A stretch of 33,431 nt of DNA from Verrucomicrobiota bacterium (GTDB taxonomy: Bacteria; Verrucomicrobiota; Verrucomicrobiia; Palsa-1439): positions 1 through 33,431 of the forward strand of contig OMJI01000280.1 in assembly GCA_900299315.1 (NCBI GenBank). Reading direction: 5' to 3'. The translations under genes and the position numbers were made by a program. Of this stretch, positions 26,078 to 33,431 are shown piece after piece. The notes beneath the pieces are model-generated. The model did no database searches, was not told where the DNA came from, and saw nothing but the letters and a program-made list of their open reading frames with translations. Every line of letters begins with the position of its first letter. The stretch's first letter is position 1.

Positions 26078-28264
26078 ATGCTCGGGCGTTACATTCATTG
26101 GCTACACACGCGGTGGCCGGCAGGCACCGTGGAGAAACTGCCGATTGTCGGCACTGACGGCGAAACGGCAGTTCCCGGCGTCCGGGTCGTTGGTGATCTT
26201 ACCGGTGTTCCTCTTCTCAAGTTCTCCGCCGATACCGGGGCGCTTGCCGTGCAGGCGATTCTGCGGGAACCGAATTTCAAACCCGGTGGCGACATCCTCG
26301 ATCTTGCCATCATCGGCGCCGGTGTCTCCGGAATCTCCGCCGCACTGGAAGCCCGGCAAGCCGGGTTGACTTTCAAAGTGTTCGAGGCCGTCCAGCCCTT
26401 CTCGACAATCGTCAATTTCCCCAAGGGCAAACCCATCTACACCTACCCGACCGAGATGGAGCCCGCGGGACAAATGCGTTTCCGTGCCGATGTGAAGGAG
26501 TCATTGCTCGCGGAACTCGAATCCCAGCGTGCCGGAATTGAAGTCGTCCGTGCGCGCATCGAGAAGGTGGAACGAGCCGGCGACGAACTTGTCCTGGATG
26601 GAAATATCCGAGCGAAGCGGGTCATCATCGCCATCGGGCGCAGCGGCAATTACCGGAAGCTCAAAGTCCCCGGCGAAGATCTCGACAAAGTTTACAACCG
26701 CCTCTATGACCCGAAAGAATATGCCGGTAAACAATGCCTTGTCGTGGGCGGTGGCGATTCTGCCCTCGAGACCGCCATCGCCTTGGCGGTCAGCGGCGCG
26801 CACGTCACGCTGAGCTACCGGAACAAGGAGTTTTCCCGGCCCAAACCCGATAACATCGAGAAGATCGAGATGCTCGCCCGTGACCCGCAAGCACCTACCG
26901 GCGTCGAGCAGCCCACCAGCGAACGAGTGACAACGGCGATGGACTCGGCCAACGCCGGCGCGCACGCTCCCGGGTCGTTGCGCTTGCGGTTAGGCATGCA
27001 GGTGAAGGAAATCCGGCAGAACGCTGTGGTGCTCGATAGTGAAACCATCCCGAACGACGTGGTCTTTGTGATGATCGGGCGGGAAGCGCCCTTGGACTTC
27101 TTCCGTCGTTCCCGAATTCCCATCCGTGGCGAATGGACCGCCAGGACGTGGGCGGGTTTCATCGCGTTCTTTGTGTTTTGCGTGTTCCTCTACAACTGGA
27201 AATCCGGGGGGGGGCTGAATCACTGGTTTCAAGAGCACCGGCTCTTCCCCTACAACCTTGCGGCGGCGGGGCCGCTACGCGAGCCGGGATTCTACTACTC
27301 GCTGGCGTACTGCCTCTGCGTGGTCATCTTCGGCATTGGACGAATTCGCCGGCGCCGGACCCCCTACGTGACGGCCCAAACCCTGACCTTGATGGCGGTG
27401 CAGGTGGTGCCTCTTTTCCTGCTGCCGTATTTCATTCTGCCGGCAATGGGAAATGCCGGTTGGTTCGAGAACGGCGTCGGCAAGATCATTGGCGATAACC
27501 TATTTCCCCACGGTGAATACTGGCGCTCGTTCGGGCTGATTCTGGCGTGGCCGCTGTTCATCTGGAATTTCTTCACGGCGCAACCGCTGTGGTGGTGGCT
27601 CATCATCGGCTGTTTGCAGACGTTCGTGATCATCCCGCTGATCGTCTACCGGTGGGGCAAGGGCGCGTATTGCGGCTGGGTCTGTTCCTGTGGCGCGCTG
27701 GCGGAGACGCTCGGTGACCGGCACCGCCAGAAGATGCCGCACGGTCCGTTGTGGAACCGGCTCAACCTGACCGGCCAACTGATCCTCGCGTTTGCGTTCG
27801 CCTTGTTCGCGCTCCGGATCCTCGGCTGGAACTGGCCGGGGAGTTGGGCCGACCGGCTCTTTCAAGCTGGTCAGGCCTTTTACTACCATTGGGTGGACAT
27901 CTTCCTCGCCGGCATCGTCGGGGTGGGGATGTACTTCTGGTTTAGCGGCCGCGTCTGGTGCCGGTTCGCCTGTCCGCTTGCGGCCTTGATGCACATCTAC
28001 GCGCGGTTCTCGAAGTTCCGCATCTTCCCGGAGAAATCGAAGTGCATCTCCTGCAACGTCTGCACCAGCGTGTGCCACCAAGGGATCGACATCATGAACT
28101 TCGCCAACAAAGGCCTGCCGATGCAGGATCCCGAGTGCGTCCGATGCAGCGCCTGTGTGCAGGAATGCCCCACCGGCACCCTTGCGTTTGGCCGTTACGA
28201 TGGCGCGGCCATCAAACTCGATCGGCTACCGGCGTCGCCGGTGCGGATGCGGGAGGGGAAGTAA
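26078..28264 (+). CDS. FAD/NAD(P)-dependent oxidoreductase fused to a membrane 4Fe-4S (NapH/NosR-like) module
   Basis: GAGVSG, IIAIG, GGGDSA; TM region; CGWVCSCG, CRFACP, CISCNVCTSVC, CVRCSACVQECP. Confidence 0.9.
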   Translation: MLGRYIHWLHTRWPAGTVEKLPIVGTDGETAVPGVRVVGDLTGVPLLKFSADTGALAVQAILREPNFKPGGDILDLAIIGAGVSGISAALEARQAGLTFKVFEAVQPFSTIVNFPKGKPIYTYPTEMEPAGQMRFRADVKESLLAELESQRAGIEVVRARIEKVERAGDELVLDGNIRAKRVIIAIGRSGNYRKLKVPGEDLDKVYNRLYDPKEYAGKQCLVVGGGDSALETAIALAVSGAHVTLSYRNKEFSRPKPDNIEKIEMLARDPQAPTGVEQPTSERVTTAMDSANAGAHAPGSLRLRLGMQVKEIRQNAVVLDSETIPNDVVFVMIGREAPLDFFRRSRIPIRGEWTARTWAGFIAFFVFCVFLYNWKSGGGLNHWFQEHRLFPYNLAAAGPLREPGFYYSLAYCLCVVIFGIGRIRRRRTPYVTAQTLTLMAVQVVPLFLLPYFILPAMGNAGWFENGVGKIIGDNLFPHGEYWRSFGLILAWPLFIWNFFTAQPLWWWLIIGCLQTFVIIPLIVYRWGKGAYCGWVCSCGALAETLGDRHRQKMPHGPLWNRLNLTGQLILAFAFALFALRILGWNWPGSWADRLFQAGQAFYYHWVDIFLAGIVGVGMYFWFSGRVWCRFACPLAALMHIYARFSKFRIFPEKSKCISCNVCTSVCHQGIDIMNFANKGLPMQDPECVRCSACVQECPTGTLAFGRYDGAAIKLDRLPASPVRMREGK

Positions 28265-29114
28265 CCCGATCGCCCGCCGCGCGGGCGGTCAACCACACCA
28301 GCGTCAGCCCGAGGAAGTAGAAGATATTCCCCAAGATCTCGTGCGTGATGTGGTAGCTGAACGGCGACCGTGGCGCGCTGTAGCAGATGCTCACGATCCG
28401 CAGGAAGTTACAGCCGATCGCCACCGGCACCGCAAGGATGACCAACCCGATTTTCTTGAGCAGAGAAACCCGGTATTGCAGCCCGAAAATCGTCGCCAGC
28501 AACAACGACGAGGTCAGCAGTCCGAACCCGTTACATTCCGTCGCCACGATGTAGTTGTGGCCTTGGAGCGACAACATCAACTCCGGTGGTCCGCCCAGCA
28601 CGAGATGCAATTGGATCGGCAGCCCCAACCATTGCATGAACTCCGCTGCCCGCCGCGCCGCAATCGCGCGCAACGGCCAGTCGAGTGCCGGGAACAAACC
28701 GATCAGTAACCCGAACACCACAAAGCCGCCGAGCGCCGGTCGGAATTGCCGGACGCCAAGTTGGCCAAACACAAACGAGATGATGGCCGCCAGGGAGCAA
28801 CAGAACGACAAAATCAGCAGCGGCAACGGCGGTAGATTGGAATGATGCGGCAGCCATAGGAAGAACACTCCGAGGAACAACAGCGCCAGCCCGTGCGTGC
28901 TGATGGCCGGCTCAACGCGGATCGAGGTGAGACTCGTCCGGAGGCAAACCAACATCGCAAACAACACGAGCACCGCGCCATTCGTCAGTTGTGTGACCTG
29001 CCAACTCACCTTGCCGAGCCAGATCAACAACGGCGCATACGTCAGCGCCAGCAGCACCGCAATCCCCGATATGGCAATGGTCGTTGAACGCCGGTTGTCC
29101 TGCGTGTCTGTCAT
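28212..29114 (-). CDS. Exosortase/archaeosortase family membrane transpeptidase
   Basis: Multi-pass membrane protein with Cys-Arg-His triad: VATECNG, NFLRI, THEILG. Confidence 0.82.
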   Translation of the reverse strand: MTDTQDNRRSTTIAISGIAVLLALTYAPLLIWLGKVSWQVTQLTNGAVLVLFAMLVCLRTSLTSIRVEPAISTHGLALLFLGVFFLWLPHHSNLPPLPLLILSFCCSLAAIISFVFGQLGVRQFRPALGGFVVFGLLIGLFPALDWPLRAIAARRAAEFMQWLGLPIQLHLVLGGPPELMLSLQGHNYIVATECNGFGLLTSSLLLATIFGLQYRVSLLKKIGLVILAVPVAIGCNFLRIVSICYSAPRSPFSYHITHEILGNIFYFLGLTLVWLTARAAGDRVTSPPASAPATPVADRV

Positions 29115-29225
29115 CGTTCTGAATTCGACTCTAAAACGCGCCCGCTGCTCAAGAAAGTTCTAAATCCCGGGCTACAATTTCTGCTCGACACGAAAAGTTT
29201 CCTCCTTATTCTCCCTGCGGCTTAC

Positions 29226-29311
29226 GGAGAGATACCGAAGTGGCCAAACGGGGCAGACTGTAAATCTGCTGGCTTACGCCTTCGATGGTTCGAATCCATC
29301 TCTCTCCACCA
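29226..29311 (+). tRNA. tRNA-Tyr (GTA)
   Basis: Acceptor GGAGAGA/TCTCTCC, anticodon arm GCAGA-CTGTAAA-TCTGC, long variable arm, GGTTCGAATCC, encoded CCA. Confidence 0.97.
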
Positions 29312-29347
29312 CTTTTTTCTGCAAGGCTCTGCGAGCACCACCGGCCG

Positions 29348-29929
29348 TTACGTTAGCGGGTGGCGGCCGTAGATGAGGGCCATGATCTCGGTGCGGGTGG
29401 AGACGCGTTTGCGGAAGCCGCCGCGCATTGCGGAGGTGATGACGGAGGTGCCGGGTTTCTTCACGCCCCGCATGGTCATGCAGGTGTGGACGCCTTCGCA
29501 GACGACCGCGACGCCGTCGGGCTTGAGTTGCTTCTCGATGATGTCAGCAATCTGGCTCGTCATGCGTTCTTGAACCTGCGGCCGTCGGGCAAACGCCTCG
29601 ACGACCCGGGCCAGCTTGGAGATACCGACCACTTTGCCGTTGGGAATGTAGGCGACGTGCGCCTTGCCGAAGAACGGCATCAGGTGGTGTTCGCACATCG
29701 AGAAGAACGGGATGTCTTTCACGAGTACGACTTCATGGTGTTGTTCGTCGAAAATCTTGCTGAGCGCGATCTGTGGATCTTGTTCGCCCTCGCCGAAAAT
29801 TTCCTCGTACATGCGCGCCACCCGGTCGGGTGTGTCCCGCAGGCCGTCGCGCTTGGGATTCTCGCCGATGCCTTCCAGCAACAGGGCGACCGCTCTCCGA
29901 ATCTTCTCTTTGTCGATTTTCTTGGGCAT
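29348..29929 (-). CDS. folE: GTP cyclohydrolase I
   Basis: [38 protein letters not shown]; promoter TTGACC-17-TATCGT. Confidence 0.97.
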   Translation of the reverse strand: MPKKIDKEKIRRAVALLLEGIGENPKRDGLRDTPDRVARMYEEIFGEGEQDPQIALSKIFDEQHHEVVLVKDIPFFSMCEHHLMPFFGKAHVAYIPNGKVVGISKLARVVEAFARRPQVQERMTSQIADIIEKQLKPDGVAVVCEGVHTCMTMRGVKKPGTSVITSAMRGGFRKRVSTRTEIMALIYGRHPLT

Positions 29930-30012
29930 TTGCCGGGGACGATAGCGGAGGGATGCCGGGAGGTCAACGGCGCGGCTGTTATTGTGAACTGTTCAAAGTG
30001 TTGGGCAGGCCT

Positions 30013-30058
30013 TGTAGCCGAGGCGTAAGCCTCGGCCGAAGCTTACGCTTCAGCTACA
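30013..30058. repeat. GTAG-type REP doublet (REPIN-like)
   Basis: GTAG+CCGAGGC-GTAA-GCCTCGG directly followed by an inverted variant, read on the minus strand as GTAG+CTGAAGC-GTAA-GCTTCGG. Confidence 0.75.
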
Positions 30059-30098
30059 GGTTTCAGCGAGTGCCCGAGACTTGGAAGTGCAGAGGCTG

Positions 30099-33000
30099 TT
30101 ATTGACGGACGAGGATGGCGGCGCTTTTCTTGTCGAGTGTGAGTGTGACTTTGCCGTCGCGGACGGGGTAGGTGGCGGCGGCACCGAAACGCAGGGTGCG
30201 CACGGTGGCGCCATTGGCGAAATCGGGGAAGCCGGCCTGGCTGAGTGGCGTGTCGACGAAGGTGGCCGGGTTGGCGTTCAGGACATCGAGCAGGCGGCTG
30301 CCGTCGGGGAACGACACCGGCAGGTCGACCGTCTGTTGCCGGTCACTGTTGTTGATGACGACGGCGACGGTGTCGTCCCGGCGGGTTCGGGCGAAAGCAA
30401 AGATGTCCCGCGCGTCGTCGGTGAACAAGGACCGGTAAAGCCCGGTGCGGAGGGCGGGATAGGTGTTGCGGATGACGATGACTCGCCGGTAATGCTCCAG
30501 CACGTCGGTGGCGACGAAGTCCTTTGCGTTCGCGTAGGGACCGAGATCCGGCCAGAGCATGGGTTTGCGGTTGGTCGGATCGTCGGCGCCGTACATGCCT
30601 ACTTCATCCCCGTACCAGATCATTGGCGCGCCGAGGAACGTCATCTGGAATGTCGCCATGAGTTTGAGCACCCGGTAGGCGTCGGGCCCGGGCTTGGAAC
30701 CATCGTAGGGCGCGCCGTCCTGCGGTCGGTTGTCGGCGTCGTAGTTCCGGTCGGGATTGATGATCATGTTCGCGAGCCGGTCGGTGTCGTGCGAGTCGTA
30801 GAGGTTCTGCATCGCGAAATCGACCTGCAACGGATAGAGCCCGAGCAATTGGCGCAATTGCCGGTCGAACTCGCTGGCGGTGATCTTACGGTTGTGGTCG
30901 ATGAAGTACCGGGTGGCGCGCGTGGCAAAGGCATAGTTCATCGTCGCGTCCCATTGATCGCCCTGCAGGTTGCGGACGGGCTCGCCCCAGTGCTCGCCGA
31001 CGATGTAGGCGTTCGGGTTGATGGCTTTCACCAACTTGCGCCACTCGATCCAGAACGCATCCGGGATGTCCGGCGCCACGTCGAGCCGCCAGCCGTCGAC
31101 GCCATCACTTGGATCGCCATCAGCGTTCGGATCCATCCAGCGACGAGTGACGTTGAAGATGTAGTCACGGGCGGATTTCGAGGCGATGCCGGTCTTGTTG
31201 TTCTTGCGGAAATTCGGCATCCAGCCGCCGCCGTCCCACGACCGGTATTTCACGGGCGGTCCCCAGTCCTCGATGTCAAACCAGTCCGCATACGCCGATT
31301 GCGCGCCGTTGGTCAGGATGTCCTGCATCGCGAAGCTCGATTTGCCCATGTGATTGAACACGCCGTCGATCACCACCTTCAATCCCTGCGCGTGCGCCTG
31401 CCGGATCAAGTCGAGGAAGAGCCGGTCGGACTTCGTCCATTGCCATGTGGCCGGGTCGAGCGTCTCGGCGGGTACCGGTTCGCGGAAGCCGAAGTGCTGC
31501 GCGATGTGCCGGTAATCCGTCGTGTCATAGCCGTGATAGGCACCGGCCTCGAAGATCGGACAGAAATACAACGCCGTGACACCGATCTCGTGAAAGTACG
31601 GCAAGTGCTTGATCACGCCCTGCAAATCGCCGCCGAACCACCGGTTGTACCAGTCACCGGAAAACGTCCGCGCCTCGTTTGGTCGTTCCTTCGGCGCAAA
31701 CTGGTACCAATCCCACTTCCACGGCAACGTACCGGGCGGGTCGTTGTCAGGCGTGCCGTTCGCGAAGCGCTCGGGGAAAATCTGGTACCAGACGACGTTC
31801 TTCGCCCAGTCCGGGGTGGGGAAGGTGATGGTTGACGGGCAGGGAAACGGCCCGAGCGTCGCGGCTTTGTCGCCGCCACCCAATTCGACCGAGTACGCCG
31901 GCGTGTTTGTGTCGGTGAATAATTCACCGCGCCAGAAATCAAAACCGAATGCTGTCTGCGTGCGGCGCAACGTAACGGGCGCGCCGCCGGTCAGGCGCAC
32001 CTCCACGCGGTTCACGTCGCTCGCGAGCGTCCGCACCGTGACCTCCGCGAGCTCGCTGGAGACGCGGTTGAACTTCTGCCGGACCGCGCGGAGGTTGACT
32101 GCGTCCTTGGCCGGCGGGCCATAATCCCGGCCTTGCTCGCCGACGAAGATACCGGAGTTTTTCCCTTCGTGACCGTCGTCCACCGCCAAGGCACTGTCCG
32201 CCCGCAAGTCCGGCAGCCAGATGTCGCCGTTGACGACGAACTTGTAGTAGTACGCACCCTCATCGAGTTTCACGCGCGCCACAAAAGTGCCGTCCGCTTG
32301 CTGTTCCATCGGCGTGGCGGTCGTGCTCCAATTGTTAAAGCTCCCGGCGAGGTTGACGGCGGCGACGTTGATGCCCCGATCCTCCAGCACGACGTAGTCC
32401 GGCGGGTGAAAGATGAACTCGGTGAGTGGTTCCGGCGTGCAGGTGAAACTGCCGTCTGCCTCGTCGTACCGGACGTGCCAGTACTGGATGTTGGTCTGGG
32501 TGACGCTGACGCTGAGGAACTGGACGAGATCACCGGCATCGTGGTTGCGCAGCAGCAACAGCTGCCGCTCACCGGGTTTGTCCGAGCGCAACCACTTCTC
32601 ATACACCCCCGCGCCGGTACGCTCCATGAACGTGACCGGCTTCGTCGGTTCCGCGGCAGTCCAATCGCCGACGACTTGATAACTGCGCTGCGCCTTGGCT
32701 GTGACGTTGACCGGCTCGCTGGCCAAACCGTCATTGACCCGCAGCCAGAACCGGTAGGTTCCTTCGCGCGGCAGCGTCACCGTCCGCGTCGGAGCGGGCT
32801 CGCCCGGTAATTTCACTTGGACGGCATCATTGGTGTCCTGGCCAAATTCATACTCACCGATTGTTCGTCCCACCCGCGGCACGCTCTCGGAACCGTCGAG
32901 CACCACCGGCAAGCCGGCATCAGGCACACCGCGCACGAGCAGGACGGCGTGCGGTTGCGTGGGTTTGCTTTCGCGGAGGAACCAGCGGCCTTCGTTCAGG

Positions 33001-33305
33001 TCGAGCGTGATGGCGAACACGCCATGCCGGGGAATGGCGAGCTTGATGTTGTCGCCACCGGTGACGAGCGCGCCCCGGGAGTTGACACCGCGCCAGTTGC
33101 CGTCGGTGGTGAACTTGAACTGGTAGCTGCCTTGCTGGAAGAATTGTTCCGTCCGGTAGACTCCGTTCGTGACCGCGGACATCTGCCAGAGCGCGTTCGT
33201 GGGATTCCAGTCGTTGAACTCGCCGGCGAGGAAGACGTTGGTGACCTGCGCGAGTGAAGCGATTGACGAGACGATCCAAAAAAAGAAGGCGAGGGGAACT
33301 CTCAT
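30099..33305 (-). CDS. Secreted multidomain GH13 alpha-glucan hydrolase (neopullulanase/amylopullulanase-like) with CBM48-like and PKD-like domains
   Basis: WYQIFPERF, GGDLQG, HGYDT, DGVFNH, DGWRLDVA, VGEHW, DSHD catalytic motifs; VFLAGEFNDW and VNLAGSFNNW modules; signal peptide MRVPLAFFFWIVSSIASLA from ATG 33305. Confidence 0.92.
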   Translation of the reverse strand: MRVPLAFFFWIVSSIASLAQVTNVFLAGEFNDWNPTNALWQMSAVTNGVYRTEQFFQQGSYQFKFTTDGNWRGVNSRGALVTGGDNIKLAIPRHGVFAITLDLNEGRWFLRESKPTQPHAVLLVRGVPDAGLPVVLDGSESVPRVGRTIGEYEFGQDTNDAVQVKLPGEPAPTRTVTLPREGTYRFWLRVNDGLASEPVNVTAKAQRSYQVVGDWTAAEPTKPVTFMERTGAGVYEKWLRSDKPGERQLLLLRNHDAGDLVQFLSVSVTQTNIQYWHVRYDEADGSFTCTPEPLTEFIFHPPDYVVLEDRGINVAAVNLAGSFNNWSTTATPMEQQADGTFVARVKLDEGAYYYKFVVNGDIWLPDLRADSALAVDDGHEGKNSGIFVGEQGRDYGPPAKDAVNLRAVRQKFNRVSSELAEVTVRTLASDVNRVEVRLTGGAPVTLRRTQTAFGFDFWRGELFTDTNTPAYSVELGGGDKAATLGPFPCPSTITFPTPDWAKNVVWYQIFPERFANGTPDNDPPGTLPWKWDWYQFAPKERPNEARTFSGDWYNRWFGGDLQGVIKHLPYFHEIGVTALYFCPIFEAGAYHGYDTTDYRHIAQHFGFREPVPAETLDPATWQWTKSDRLFLDLIRQAHAQGLKVVIDGVFNHMGKSSFAMQDILTNGAQSAYADWFDIEDWGPPVKYRSWDGGGWMPNFRKNNKTGIASKSARDYIFNVTRRWMDPNADGDPSDGVDGWRLDVAPDIPDAFWIEWRKLVKAINPNAYIVGEHWGEPVRNLQGDQWDATMNYAFATRATRYFIDHNRKITASEFDRQLRQLLGLYPLQVDFAMQNLYDSHDTDRLANMIINPDRNYDADNRPQDGAPYDGSKPGPDAYRVLKLMATFQMTFLGAPMIWYGDEVGMYGADDPTNRKPMLWPDLGPYANAKDFVATDVLEHYRRVIVIRNTYPALRTGLYRSLFTDDARDIFAFARTRRDDTVAVVINNSDRQQTVDLPVSFPDGSRLLDVLNANPATFVDTPLSQAGFPDFANGATVRTLRFGAAATYPVRDGKVTLTLDKKSAAILVRQ

Positions 33306-33309
33306 GGCA

Positions 33310-33431
33310 CTACCGGACAGCGGAACCATTTCGCAGGACGCCGCCCGGCACGGGAGTGAGGGTGAGTGTCTCGAGGAAGGCGAAGAGTTCGTCCAAGTTG
33401 GTCTCATCGTAAAGCGCCTGGAGCGCGAGGA
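33310..33431 (-). CDS. 3' end of an unidentified upstream gene (partial)
   Basis: Open frame ...LALQALYDETNLDELFAFLETLTLTPVPGGVLRNGSAVR* ends 4 nt before the GH13 ATG. Confidence 0.55.
   Translation of the reverse strand, partial: LALQALYDETNLDELFAFLETLTLTPVPGGVLRNGSAVR

Noticed and set aside
8037-29311. Genomic island bounded by the two tRNAs
   Set aside because: The interval is full of core genes (hisS, aspS, accA, frr); no integrase or att duplication was seen.
29226-29929. Queuosine theme: folE beside tRNA-Tyr(GTA), with hisS and aspS in the same window
   Set aside because: The genes are convergent or 16 kb apart, no que or tgt genes are present, and folE is equally explained by folate synthesis.
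30081-31835. 584-aa plus-strand ORF, and similar long antisense ORFs at 3644-4972, 6941-7948, 12657-13694 and 14685-15548
   Set aside because: Each lies opposite a well-supported gene and has no recognisable motif; long shadow frames are expected at high GC.

Overview
This is a GC-rich, densely packed bacterial chromosome segment. Gene style and content suggest PVC group, probably Verrucomicrobiota; that assignment is inference. Housekeeping genes: hisS, non-discriminating-type aspS, accA, frr, hpf, HU/IHF, folE, MTA phosphorylase, tRNA-Tyr(GTA) and a CAT-anticodon tRNA. Metabolic and envelope genes: a homospermidine synthase plus fold-III decarboxylase operon, DUF2961/GH172, an HTTM/gamma-carboxylase-like protein, a PA0069-type radical SAM, GT9, a LysM L,D-transpeptidase, a TPR-LysM lipoprotein with an ABC transporter, an exosortase and a large secreted GH13. 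I saw no transposase, integrase, phage gene or CRISPR array. Most notable unexplained signals: (1) an unannotated 23-codon lipobox micro-ORF ending CQCYCQ, directly behind an M29 peptidase-methyltransferase pair; (2) a Ser/Thr kinase lacking the canonical Lys/Glu/DFG residues, coupled to the L,D-transpeptidase and accA; (3) an apparently circularly permuted TrxR-like flavoprotein fused to a membrane polyferredoxin; (4) a GTAG-type REP doublet; (5) repeated leaderless promoter architecture and two sigma-54-like promoters. All family calls come from motif recognition by eye, not from database searches.
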